Shown here: positions 17,402 to 25,800 of the stretch, piece after piece | How the letters are laid out: each line of letters starts with the position of its first letter | Position numbering within the stretch: position 1 is the first letter of the stretch | Virus record (IMG/VR): IMGVR_UViG_3300005518_000004 | Coordinates: 1,869-65,868 of that record | DNA: 64,000 nt | Source: a virus | Lineage: Duplodnaviria; Caudoviricetes | Direction: 5' to 3' (one strand) | Made by a program: the position numbers and the translations under genes | The notes under the pieces: model-generated | Told to the model about the DNA's origin: nothing | Database searches by the model: none | Seen by the model: the letters and a program-made list of their open reading frames with translations, nothing else

Positions 17402-18364
17402 CTATTTTTTCTGCTTGGAATATCTATAGCTGGGGGTGGGCTTATGCCTGATTTTGGGGGGTGGACCCAGCATGGCGGCGAACTTCAATGTCAATGTTCT
17501 GTCACTGCCCCTTCCCTTGGCCCACTGATCCACCATATAGCGCGCCCACTCCGCCACCCGTGCCCCATAGGCTGGCCCATCCAGCGCTTCCACCCACTCC
17601 AGAATCTCCCGCCTAGACCTTGCCACCGCCGTATCGGTTGTCTCCCGGATCGCCCTCTTCACCGCCGGATGCTGGATACGCCCCTGCCGCTTCTCCACCG
17701 GCTTCCTAGCCTCTTCTTCTGCCTGTATCTCCTCGGCCCGCTCCAATACCTCCTGCCGCTTCTCAGGGGGTAGCTTCTTGCGCGTCAGCTCAGCCGCCGA
17801 CTGCCAACTCAGTACACCCGCGTGCAGCCGGTCCTGGAGCGACTTGTCAGCGGTCAGGAACTTCTCGTGCTCCATCACCTGCTGACGGCTGATAGCCAGG
17901 TATTCCGCGATCTTGGCCGTCCCCTTCCCCCCCACCCAGTCATGAGCATATCTGAGCCGATTAATGATCATGGCCAGATCCATGGGGGAGAAGTCCTCGC
18001 GGTGGAGGTTGGATACGATAGCCTTGCGCAGGGGGTCGCCGTTGTAGTCGACGATGACGCGCATCCTGAGCAGCGGCTGACCAGACAAGGAGCGGGACTC
18101 ATTCAACAGAGCAATGGCGCGCCGCCGCCTATGCCCCGCCACGAGCGTATAGGTGACCGTATCGCCGTTTTCAGACGCATAGACTATTCCGGCATCCAGT
18201 TGCCCGTCGCGTTCAATGGTGGCCGCCAGATCGCTCAATTTGCCATCCGCCGCCTCGCCATCCCCATAGGTGCGGACGTTAAACTTGGCGTCTACCTGGA
18301 TCTGCTCGGGTAGAAGCCATTTGGTTTCAGCACCATACTGGCGGGATTCTGGCTCCGGTATCAT
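17402..18364 (-). CDS. ParB/Srx N-terminal domain protein with HTH
   Basis: NVR, LAATIERDGQL, LVAGHRRRRA, SNLHREDFSPMD, IAEYLAISRQQV. Confidence 0.9.
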   Translation of the reverse strand: MIPEPESRQYGAETKWLLPEQIQVDAKFNVRTYGDGEAADGKLSDLAATIERDGQLDAGIVYASENGDTVTYTLVAGHRRRRAIALLNESRSLSGQPLLRMRVIVDYNGDPLRKAIVSNLHREDFSPMDLAMIINRLRYAHDWVGGKGTAKIAEYLAISRQQVMEHEKFLTADKSLQDRLHAGVLSWQSAAELTRKKLPPEKRQEVLERAEEIQAEEEARKPVEKRQGRIQHPAVKRAIRETTDTAVARSRREILEWVEALDGPAYGARVAEWARYMVDQWAKGRGSDRTLTLKFAAMLGPPPKIRHKPTPSYRYSKQKK

Positions 18365-18630
18365 CGTCTGTCCTTTCCGTTGCTGGTAATACGCATCTGA
18401 TCCAGCTTCCTGGCCATCTGGATGCGCCGCATGATGGCCGGCAGCCCAATCCCCAGTGCCTTGGCCACCCGCTCCAGCGCATCAAGCGTCACACCCTCAC
18501 GCCCGGTCAGCGCCTCCCTCAGGTGTTCGGCAGTCATGTTGAGCTTGCGGGCCAAGGCGACAAAGTTGGTTTGCTCCCATCCCGGCACACGGCGGCCACG
18601 GGAATTAGGTGGGTGGGGGAACTTTTTCAT
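18361..18630 (-). CDS. XRE/Cro HTH regulator
   Basis: LARKLNMTAEHLREALTG...TLDALERVAKALG. Confidence 0.82.
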   Translation of the reverse strand: MKKFPHPPNSRGRRVPGWEQTNFVALARKLNMTAEHLREALTGREGVTLDALERVAKALGIGLPAIMRRIQMARKLDQMRITSNGKDRR

Positions 18631-18641
18631 TGGACTCGTGG

Positions 18642-18686
18642 ATCATAACGCATGCTGGAGTGTGAGTCAAGGTTGCAGTTGAACCG
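18642..18686 (-). promoter_or_regulatory. Promoter of the replication operon with adjacent box
   Basis: Minus TTGACT(18670)-17-TATGAT(18647); AGGTTGCAGTTGAACCG at 18670-18686. Confidence 0.72.
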
Positions 18687-18759
18687 GTGGATCTAGCCGG
18701 TTGATCTGCTCTTTCGAGCCCATGCCGAGCCAAGTTAGGCCGCTATCAGCCGCTTTCAC

Positions 18760-19260
18760 TATCGATATGTGTATATGCTCAACATACTTAATAAGTTAGG
18801 TCAGTCGCTATTTATCCTCTATCACGGCTGTTTTACTCACTTTGAAAATAGAAACGAGAGATAGAATCCATGTCAAAACCTACAACTATAATGATTACAT
18901 AGTCTTATCTCACTATCCACCACGGTTGAGTGGTGCCTGACCTGCTATCCCAACCCAATTCTCACCTACTCTCAGTTACTATATACTATATATATATATT
19001 TATATAAAAAAAAAAGAAGATGTATAGTAGCAGAATTCCCATATCTGGACAGGCCGGTATTATAGCGACCTCTGGGGGGTAGGGGGGTGAAGAATAAGAG
19101 GTTTTGGGTGGATTAGGTGGCCATTCGAAAAGACGATATTCTACTACTATACATATACATAATAAGTATATGATTATACTTATATATCAATAGTATATAG
19201 TGGTTTAGAATAGGCCACAGTCTGACCTAGATCGAAATAGTTAGCCATTTTTCCACAGTC
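18760..19260. other. AT-rich non-coding region, candidate replication origin
   Basis: (TA)n and poly-A tract at about 18977-19015; 17-bp inverted repeat 19020-19036/19138-19154 (1 mismatch); adjacent to HTH-ParB-helicase genes. Confidence 0.55.
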
Positions 19261-19354
19261 TGCAACCTATTGCAACTGGGTGACTTATTTCTACACACGG
19301 AAGGCCATTTTTGGGGGTTGTCGAGTTTTGCGTACTATGATATGTTATCAAATT

Positions 19355-20029
19355 ATGGCCAGCCGACGCTTCTCCTTCAACCACCGCCCCACCTCCACCC
19401 CCCACCCCTTCGGCCCTATCCATCCCCAGGAAAAGCCCAAAAAGTGGCGTCAAAGCAAGAAGAAGCTGGCGCCGGGGATGAAGATCAACCTCATCCGCAT
19501 CGTGGAGATTGAAACTAATTGGTCTAACTACTTTGAACACTTTTACCGTACTGGGTGGGTTAAAGTCCTGTGTCTGGCGTGCGGCAACGAGAAGCGGGTG
19601 AGACGCAATCGGCTTAGCCCCCGCCCCAGCAAATCCATCTTCTCGTGCGGCTGCAAACGCCGACCGCTGAAGCCCCCCAAGCCCGGACGCAAGCCCAAGC
19701 CCCGCAAGCCAGGCGCCGGTCGAAAGCCCGCCGATCTCACCAATATCGTGTTCGGGCAGCTGGAGCCCCTAACCTATCAATCAGGGGTAGGCTGGATATG
19801 CAATTGCTCTTGTGGGCGCGTGTGTATTGTGCCCAAGCCCTACAAGCTGATTAAGGGGGCGGTGAAGGCGTGTCCCACTTGCAGGCCAGTGGATTGGAGC
19901 GGGAAGCGGGGGCCAAAGCCTGGGAGTCGATGGAGCAAGAAGCACTATGAGCGATTCCCGGAGCAGGACCCGCGCAATCTGCCGGGGACAGGGAAGGGGG
20001 ATCTGCCCTATCCCCTGCATGAGATTTAG
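19355..20029 (+). CDS. Basic protein with two Cys-rich modules of the HNH/AP2 N-terminal type; no catalytic HNH seen
   Basis: CLACGNEK...SCGC and DLTNIVFGQL...WICNCSCG...CPTC. Confidence 0.7.
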   Translation: MASRRFSFNHRPTSTPHPFGPIHPQEKPKKWRQSKKKLAPGMKINLIRIVEIETNWSNYFEHFYRTGWVKVLCLACGNEKRVRRNRLSPRPSKSIFSCGCKRRPLKPPKPGRKPKPRKPGAGRKPADLTNIVFGQLEPLTYQSGVGWICNCSCGRVCIVPKPYKLIKGAVKACPTCRPVDWSGKRGPKPGSRWSKKHYERFPEQDPRNLPGTGKGDLPYPLHEI

Positions 20030-20262
20030 TCGGGAGCGCCTGAACGCAATAGCCGCAACGACTCCTGCAACTGACACTCCAGCTCCGACTCCGGCTCATC
20101 TCCGATAGCTGCTGGTAGTCGCCGCATGAAGATGTAGCGCGTATAGGGGCCGCCGTCGCTATCCGTTATCACCCATGCCAGCTCCCAGCCGTCCGCGCCT
20201 AGTTTGTTGAGCTGTTGGGTGTCGAGATAGAGGGTGGATTCGATCTGCTGGTATTCGATCAC
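20026..20262 (-). CDS. DUF4177-like protein
   Basis: EY...LNKLGADGWEL...YIFMR. Confidence 0.75.
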   Translation of the reverse strand: MIEYQQIESTLYLDTQQLNKLGADGWELAWVITDSDGGPYTRYIFMRRLPAAIGDEPESELECQLQESLRLLRSGAPD

Positions 20263-20357
20263 GGCCGCCTCCTCGACTCTAGAAGTATCCAGGTGATGGT
20301 GAACGTGAGCGCGAAACAGACCAACCCCGGCAATAGTATCAGCAGGTATTCGATCAT
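20259..20357 (-). CDS. 32-aa membrane peptide
   Basis: MIEYLLILLPGLVCFALTFTITWILLESRRRP; coupled at both ends. Confidence 0.6.
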   Translation of the reverse strand: MIEYLLILLPGLVCFALTFTITWILLESRRRP

Positions 20358-20566
20358 GGTATATAATCTCCCCCCACCGCCTCCCCTATTTCAGCCGCCG
20401 CGCAACGCCGGCAGACAGCGCGCCCAGTCTCATCGTCTCCACTTCCCGGCAGGACACATTCGTCACACACATCCTCCATGCACTCTACGCAACTCCACCA
20501 CGGCGTGTACTCGGGTGAGCGCGTGCCGCAGCGGTCGCAGATCACCGTGGCGTTTTCCGCAGCCAT
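20354..20566 (-). CDS. zinc-finger protein
   Basis: Four CxxC pairs in 70 aa. Confidence 0.7.
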   Translation of the reverse strand: MAAENATVICDRCGTRSPEYTPWWSCVECMEDVCDECVLPGSGDDETGRAVCRRCAAAEIGEAVGGDYIP

Positions 20567-20667
20567 ACCTGCCCCCCTTTCAGCCGGCGCCGGGTGTAGC
20601 GTTTGAGCATGAGCCGCAGTGCTATCACGAGGGCGCGATGGGTGGATTTGGGATAGTAGCGTTTCAT
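20542..20667 (-). CDS. small basic protein
   Basis: MKRYYPKSTHRAL..., ATGA-coupled. Confidence 0.5.
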   Translation of the reverse strand: MKRYYPKSTHRALVIALRLMLKRYTRRRLKGGQVWLRKTPR

Positions 20668-20978
20668 GCCACCCCCTCCACCGGCTTTCCACTTTCCGGT
20701 ACGTCCCTTGTTATCTGCTTGCGCAGCCATGGCTCGAAATGATCACCGCGCCATGAGTTGCCACGGGCAAAGGCTACATTGCCTGTAAGGGTCTCGGCTA
20801 CATCGAGCACAGCACAGTCCCCCTGTTCAGGGAACACGATAGCCACCATGCGGCGCGTTTCGGCCTGTTCCGGGTCCTTCCAGTCAAACACAGCTGCATG
20901 AAACCCATTACCGGACACGCCGTTTCGATGGTAGTCGAGTTGTACCAAGCGCATTTCGTTATTCCGCATACGCCTCAC
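20664..20978 (-). CDS. hypothetical phage protein
   Basis: HRNGVSGNGF...NSWRGDHFE. Confidence 0.7.
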   Translation of the reverse strand: MRRMRNNEMRLVQLDYHRNGVSGNGFHAAVFDWKDPEQAETRRMVAIVFPEQGDCAVLDVAETLTGNVAFARGNSWRGDHFEPWLRKQITRDVPESGKPVEGVA

Positions 20979-21121
20979 AGCCGCCCCCTAATCACCCGCT
21001 CCACGGCGCGCACAAACTCCCTCTGCCGCCGCATCATCCTTACCATATCCACCACTGCCCAGCCGCCGACCAGGATCATGAACAGGCAGCAGGCGAGCAT
21101 GAGAATAGTTAGCATCAGCAT
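20975..21121 (-). CDS. 48-aa membrane protein
   Basis: MLMLTILMLACCLFMILVGGWAVV...; fills the gap between coupled genes. Confidence 0.55.
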   Translation of the reverse strand: MLMLTILMLACCLFMILVGGWAVVDMVRMMRRQREFVRAVERVIRGRL

Positions 21122-21396
21122 CGGTTCCACTCCTTTGTCAGCCGCGCGAAGTACCGCGTATCTTTGGCACCCGCCCGCCAGAATGCCGTGACTCGCTCGG
21201 CACCCTCCGCGAATCCAAAGTTAGCTGAGCGCGACGTGCCATCGTCAAAATGCGCGATGTAGTGCATGTGAATCGGCGGCAGCACTTCAAGGAACCAGTA
21301 GAATAGCTCCTCATCTACTTCCACCATGCCGCCCTGATTGCGCTCTTCACAGAACGCGCTAATTGTGTCCATTGTGTAAACGCTTGTGGGTTCCAT
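21115..21396 (-). CDS. DUF1419-like protein
   Basis: EVDEELFYWFLEVLPP...FAEG. Confidence 0.55.
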   Translation of the reverse strand: MEPTSVYTMDTISAFCEERNQGGMVEVDEELFYWFLEVLPPIHMHYIAHFDDGTSRSANFGFAEGAERVTAFWRAGAKDTRYFARLTKEWNRC

Positions 21397-21398
21397 GC

Positions 21399-21668
21399 TT
21401 AGGCCACCTGCTTCCACACGAAATCCACCAGCCGCCCAAGCGGGATGTTGTCAAACTTGGCCTGATGTTCAGGCTTCAGCTTCTCGTACACCGCTTTCAT
21501 GGCTGACGCGGTGAACGAATCCAGCATGATCCATCCGCGTTTGCTACCCGTGAATATCGGCTTACAGTCGTATTCCGCCGTCCCTGTTTCCGCGTGGCTG
21601 TTAGCGCGGTATCGAATGAGCACCGCACCGTTTTCTGCTGCTTGTTTGGCTATTGCACTGATCGTCAT
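21399..21668 (-). CDS. hypothetical phage protein
   Basis: SD GAGG; LDSFTASA..VYEKL. Confidence 0.7.
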   Translation of the reverse strand: MTISAIAKQAAENGAVLIRYRANSHAETGTAEYDCKPIFTGSKRGWIMLDSFTASAMKAVYEKLKPEHQAKFDNIPLGRLVDFVWKQVA

Positions 21669-21689
21669 TGTCCTCTGTCACCTTTCGAT

Positions 21690-21905
21690 TTAGATTCGTC
21701 CTGCTTTGGCGTCTATCAGTACTTGTTCAAACGCCTCAAACGACGCCACCGCCTCACGTTTGGTCTTGAATACCACGGGTGGCCCCTTGACGTGATCTGT
21801 TCCCCACACCCAGCCACGCCCCAGCTTATACACTGGGTAGCCATCCGACCCCCAAAGCATGCAGTGATTCAATAACCACCGCTCGTCTTCGCTAATTCCT
21901 CTCAT
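21690..21905 (-). CDS. hypothetical protein
   Basis: 71 aa with SD. Confidence 0.65.
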   Translation of the reverse strand: MRGISEDERWLLNHCMLWGSDGYPVYKLGRGWVWGTDHVKGPPVVFKTKREAVASFEAFEQVLIDAKAGRI

Positions 21906-22581
21906 GTTTGCCTCTCCCTTTCATCACACCCACCGCCAGCAGCCCCACCGTAGTCAGCACCAGCACCCACTCCGTCGGCTCCGGTATGTGCTGCGTCCTG
22001 CTACTGGGGGCAAACGGATCACCCCCCTTGCTCAACACCTCCCACACTCTCTCCCCTTGCTCATCCTCCCGCCACGACAGCAGATTGCCGCCGCCGTTGA
22101 CGTTGACTAGGAATCTCCCGCTTATGACGTCATCAGTCGCCACGCTCCACAGCCACCCTCCATCTATTTCAGAAGTGAACACTGGGTAGGCGACTGTTTG
22201 CAGCGTGCCGTAGTACATGCCCAGATCGTTGATCTCATAGAGCAACACCTGAGAATCGCTGGGGAAGCCGAAACTCCTAGACCACTCATCCTCATGCCAC
22301 CTCACTATCCACGCGTCCCCGTCCCCCGCCAGCAGGTAGGCGGCCCAATGTGCGTCCGGCGACTCGGCTAGTGGTGCATAATACTGGCCTGCTAGCGTAC
22401 CGGGGGGATAGTCGGGATGGTAGCGCAGTGGAGGGAGGGGGGGATCGGGCAGCGGGAATAGCGCCTGGCAGCCGTCGAATGTGCAGGCGTAGGCGTGGTA
22501 GGTGCCTTGGCCGATGGACGCAATATCCAGCGTATCCGCTCTAGCCGCGGCCGTCAGCAGCATTAGCAACGCCAGCCTCAT
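21892..22581 (-). CDS. PEP-CTERM sorting domain protein
   Basis: Signal peptide MRLALLMLLTAAARA; C-terminal IPEP + TM helix + basic tail KGRGKHER. Confidence 0.85.
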   Translation of the reverse strand: MRLALLMLLTAAARADTLDIASIGQGTYHAYACTFDGCQALFPLPDPPLPPLRYHPDYPPGTLAGQYYAPLAESPDAHWAAYLLAGDGDAWIVRWHEDEWSRSFGFPSDSQVLLYEINDLGMYYGTLQTVAYPVFTSEIDGGWLWSVATDDVISGRFLVNVNGGGNLLSWREDEQGERVWEVLSKGGDPFAPSSRTQHIPEPTEWVLVLTTVGLLAVGVMKGRGKHERN

Positions 22582-22802
22582 ACCGCCACCCTAAACCCTT
22601 CCTCGATGATCTGCTCGGCGATATCCGCCGCGTACCTGTGATCGACGTACAGCCCATTCCCTACCGTGCGCATAGCCCCGAACCATTGCCAGTCTTCGCT
22701 ATAGACTTCCTCGGTTAGCCAATTAAGCGCTTTGGTCGTCAGCGGCACAAACATCCAAACCGTCCCCTGATCCGTTATCGTGAAATCCGTCCGTCTCGCC
22801 AT
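22578..22802 (-). CDS. hypothetical phage protein
   Basis: 74 aa with SD. Confidence 0.7.
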   Translation of the reverse strand: MARRTDFTITDQGTVWMFVPLTTKALNWLTEEVYSEDWQWFGAMRTVGNGLYVDHRYAADIAEQIIEEGFRVAV

Positions 22803-23712
22803 CGCTTTTCTCCTCTATCTCGATTTCCACTTCGCTCAGCTTGATATCGATCCCGTCCACCGCCGCTTTCCCCCGCCTCAACTCCAGCACTCCCCCCAGA
22901 TACAGCTGTGTATTGATGAGCGACTGATGACCCAGCATGCCCTGTATCTGTTCGAGCTCAGCCCCGTTCGCCCGCAGCAGCTTGGCCATGGTGCGCCTCA
23001 GATCGTGGGGAGCGAGCCTGACCCCTATAGCTGCGGCGTATTCGGCCACCAATTGGTGAATCCGGTAGTAGCCTACCCCAAACATCCACTTGCTGTAGCG
23101 ACGCGTCTGAAGGGCTGTAATGCGCCAATGGTCGATTGCCTTGGCTGCCCATGTGGGGATAGGGACCGTGCGCAGCCTACCGCCTTTCCCCATAACGTCT
23201 ACAAAACACATGCGATCATCGCGCGATTGGTAATGCGTCCACGTGAGGCCAGCCACTTCCTGCCCGCGTAGGCCGGTAGACACTAATGCACATAGCAGTG
23301 CCCTATCCCGCTTCCCCTTGAGCGTGTGGGTGTCGGGCGCCTCCAACAGCCGCTTCACTTGCTCCAGTGGCAGCCAATTACCCGCCCTCACCCCCTTCGG
23401 CCTCCGTGGTAGTGGGTATTGCATGACGCCGTCGCAGGCGCGGTCGTCAATCACCCCCTGTAGCCGACATTCCTTCGCCAATGCTTTGAGCGCTGCCACA
23501 TGAATGCTCGCCCTCGCCCACGACTTCACCTGAATGGGGTACAGGAACGCAATTACGCCCGCCCTGGTTAGTGGTTGCCGCGAGCCCAGGAATGCATCAA
23601 TCGCCATCCGATACCGATAGCGCGTCTCAGTAGACCGATACGAATCGAGCAACGATTGGGCGCATGACTCTAGGGTTGGGATAGTGGGTGCCGGCAGCTG
23701 AAGGGCGCTCAT
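22723..23712 (-). CDS. tyrosine recombinase (XerC/D-like integrase/resolvase)
   Basis: RDRALL...TGLR..E, GKG...RTVP, PHDLRRT, LGH.S...TQLY. Confidence 0.93.
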   Translation of the reverse strand: MSALQLPAPTIPTLESCAQSLLDSYRSTETRYRYRMAIDAFLGSRQPLTRAGVIAFLYPIQVKSWARASIHVAALKALAKECRLQGVIDDRACDGVMQYPLPRRPKGVRAGNWLPLEQVKRLLEAPDTHTLKGKRDRALLCALVSTGLRGQEVAGLTWTHYQSRDDRMCFVDVMGKGGRLRTVPIPTWAAKAIDHWRITALQTRRYSKWMFGVGYYRIHQLVAEYAAAIGVRLAPHDLRRTMAKLLRANGAELEQIQGMLGHQSLINTQLYLGGVLELRRGKAAVDGIDIKLSEVEIEIEEKSDGETDGFHDNGSGDGLDVCAADDQSA

Positions 23713-23948
23713 ACGCTGATGGTCCGTCCACAATCGCAGACCCATTCTTCCTTGCTTTGAATCGACGCCTCAATCTCATCTAGCCTTTGGCGTACATCCC
23801 ACTCCGGGATTACCACGCCAGCGTAGCCATGCGGATGCCCGCTTTGATCGCTTTCCCCAAAGTGTCGAGTGTTCAATTCTCTATGGCTGATTAGCCACTG
23901 GCGCAGATGCACTAACAGGTCACGCGGGTTTAATGGCGTATCCATCAC
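23709..23948 (-). CDS. hypothetical protein
   Basis: Coupled ORF. Confidence 0.6.
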   Translation of the reverse strand: MMDTPLNPRDLLVHLRQWLISHRELNTRHFGESDQSGHPHGYAGVVIPEWDVRQRLDEIEASIQSKEEWVCDCGRTISV

Positions 23949-24157
23949 ATTCCCACTTCCCGATAATGGTCATGCGGCAGTACCCACACGGCATATTGCT
24001 TGCGTCCGGGACCGTCGAACGACAGCCGCACATCCACCTTGTCGTAATTGCCGCATCCGCCTAGCGCCTTGAGCTTGGCCTCCTCGCGCTGGATCTTACG
24101 CGCTTTGAGCATGGCCTTGTCGTAGGGCAGATCGCTATAGAGTTTTAGCCAAGTCAC
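23945..24157 (-). CDS. hypothetical protein
   Basis: GTG start overlapping upstream stop. Confidence 0.6.
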   Translation of the reverse strand: MTWLKLYSDLPYDKAMLKARKIQREEAKLKALGGCGNYDKVDVRLSFDGPGRKQYAVWVLPHDHYREVGM

Positions 24158-24417
24158 GTAGTGGCCTTTCGTGGTGCGTTCAGCCGATCCACTTCGGCCA
24201 CGCTGCATGTATCCAGTACTTGCTCCAGCCGCTGAAGAGTAGCCCACTTGCCACGTGGGAAGTAGTCCGAGTAATCCTCAGCCGCACGCAGAATGAAGTA
24301 TAGCCATGCGCAGTTCTGAGGATCGGTACAGGCTGCCTCATACAGCTCTAGCAGGTCATGCGAAGAGCAATAATCTTTGATCGCAGAACGCGCCACATAC
24401 GACAATTCGTTAAGCAT
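24154..24417 (-). CDS. hypothetical protein
   Basis: SD GGGGGAG. Confidence 0.65.
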   Translation of the reverse strand: MLNELSYVARSAIKDYCSSHDLLELYEAACTDPQNCAWLYFILRAAEDYSDYFPRGKWATLQRLEQVLDTCSVAEVDRLNAPRKATT

Positions 24418-24473
24418 TTCTCCCCCACTTACGCGCGCGCACGCGCGTTATATACTATTACTAATACTTATAC

Positions 24474-24887
24474 TTACTCCGCACACACCAAGGCTAGTGA
24501 ACGCAGGTTGTAGAGTGCTTCCGACGCAAGCTCGGCCTCTACCACACGACGATACTCTGTAGTGGGTTCGCAAATTCCCCATAGAGACGCCAATGCGATT
24601 TGCGGTGGTATGACGTTGCCATGCGCCCTTTGCTCGCGATTGAACAGAATGCAGCCTAAGGTTTCGTGTTCAGCACCGGACGCACATGGGCAATCTGGCG
24701 AACCGCAATCGCAGCCTGAACAGCCGTTATCGTCATACTCCCAGCTGAATACCCAATCGTGATCCCATGCGTAGACTTCGGCCTCAGCCAAACTGCGAGC
24801 ACACCGCATCCGTCCCTGTTCCCGTGTCTCACCTTTGCCGTAACTGTAACCGGCGTTGTCGTAGAAAAACTGCTCATCCTTAGTCAT
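24474..24887 (-). CDS. hypothetical phage protein
   Basis: FFYDNAGYSY...ASLWGI...YRRVVEAELA. Confidence 0.75.
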   Translation of the reverse strand: MTKDEQFFYDNAGYSYGKGETREQGRMRCARSLAEAEVYAWDHDWVFSWEYDDNGCSGCDCGSPDCPCASGAEHETLGCILFNREQRAHGNVIPPQIALASLWGICEPTTEYRRVVEAELASEALYNLRSLALVCAE

Positions 24888-24955
24888 CTGCTACCCTCCT
24901 ACAAGCAGCTATCCACTGCTTGTTTCGTCCGATTCCCACGGACTCATCAGGGAGG

Positions 24956-25345
24956 TTAGGTGCTGTATTCTTCCTCTATCTCCTGACTCACTGCGTCCCA
25001 AGCCTTCATCAGGTCAGCATGGTCTGTGTAGTATTCCACGTCGACAAACCCCTGTGAGTTTTCGCTGAGGATAGCGCCTGCTTGGGCTCGCAGAAACGTG
25101 TCCTCGGCATCTGTCGGCACCACGTCGGACGGGACGCAATCAATGAGACCAGGCCGAACGCCCCCAGTAGTGCCGACCATCAGCCCATACCATCCTGTTG
25201 ATTCCGATTCTCCACATTGCTCGTCTAGGTTGCCGTCCAAGCTGGCATCGTAGACATAAGAGTCGATATAGGTATTGAATTTACCCGGACCATAAGGCCG
25301 GATGCCGTCATCTGTCGTTTGCTGGCGTTCCTGTTGTTTGCTCAT
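24956..25345 (-). CDS. hypothetical acidic protein, first gene of the leftward arm
   Basis: SD AGGAG; GPGKF...E.SQGFV. Confidence 0.75.
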   Translation of the reverse strand: MSKQQERQQTTDDGIRPYGPGKFNTYIDSYVYDASLDGNLDEQCGESESTGWYGLMVGTTGGVRPGLIDCVPSDVVPTDAEDTFLRAQAGAILSENSQGFVDVEYYTDHADLMKAWDAVSQEIEEEYST

Positions 25346-25429
25346 CCCTCTATCTCCTATCTGTGCATTGACTAAATTATCCTGGAATTTGCTGCTCATG
25401 GGACGAGCATACACCAGGCCAGCGAGCAT

Positions 25430-25800
25430 ATCAATTATTATTATTACCTATATTTGGTTTGTTATCAGTAGTTAGTGCTTTTGAAATTCACACTAGGCTA
25501 TTTTCATACTTACCCATTGAAGAATCGGCACAGGTGTGACAAAACGGCACAGGTAGACAGTCTACATATTCACCACTCACTAGTGGTGCTGGAGTACAAG
25601 CAGCGAAACTACTGCATTCTCCAATTCCAGATAATAAGGATTATCTTGCAATCACGCTCACCTGGCTGCAGCTGGCGGTATTGAACGGCCGGCAAAGGGG
25701 GTGAATTGTCCAAGGGGGTAGGGGTGCCGGCGCGGGGGGCGGCCTTGACCCCCTAGACCTATTAAAAAAATCCCCCGTGCTCGTGTTACATTTAAACCTC
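25430..25800. promoter_or_regulatory. Divergent intergenic region with G-tract cluster and palindromic box
   Basis: Strand switch; G tracts at 25697, 25714, 25721, 25734; GTTACATTTAAAC at 25785. Confidence 0.55.
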
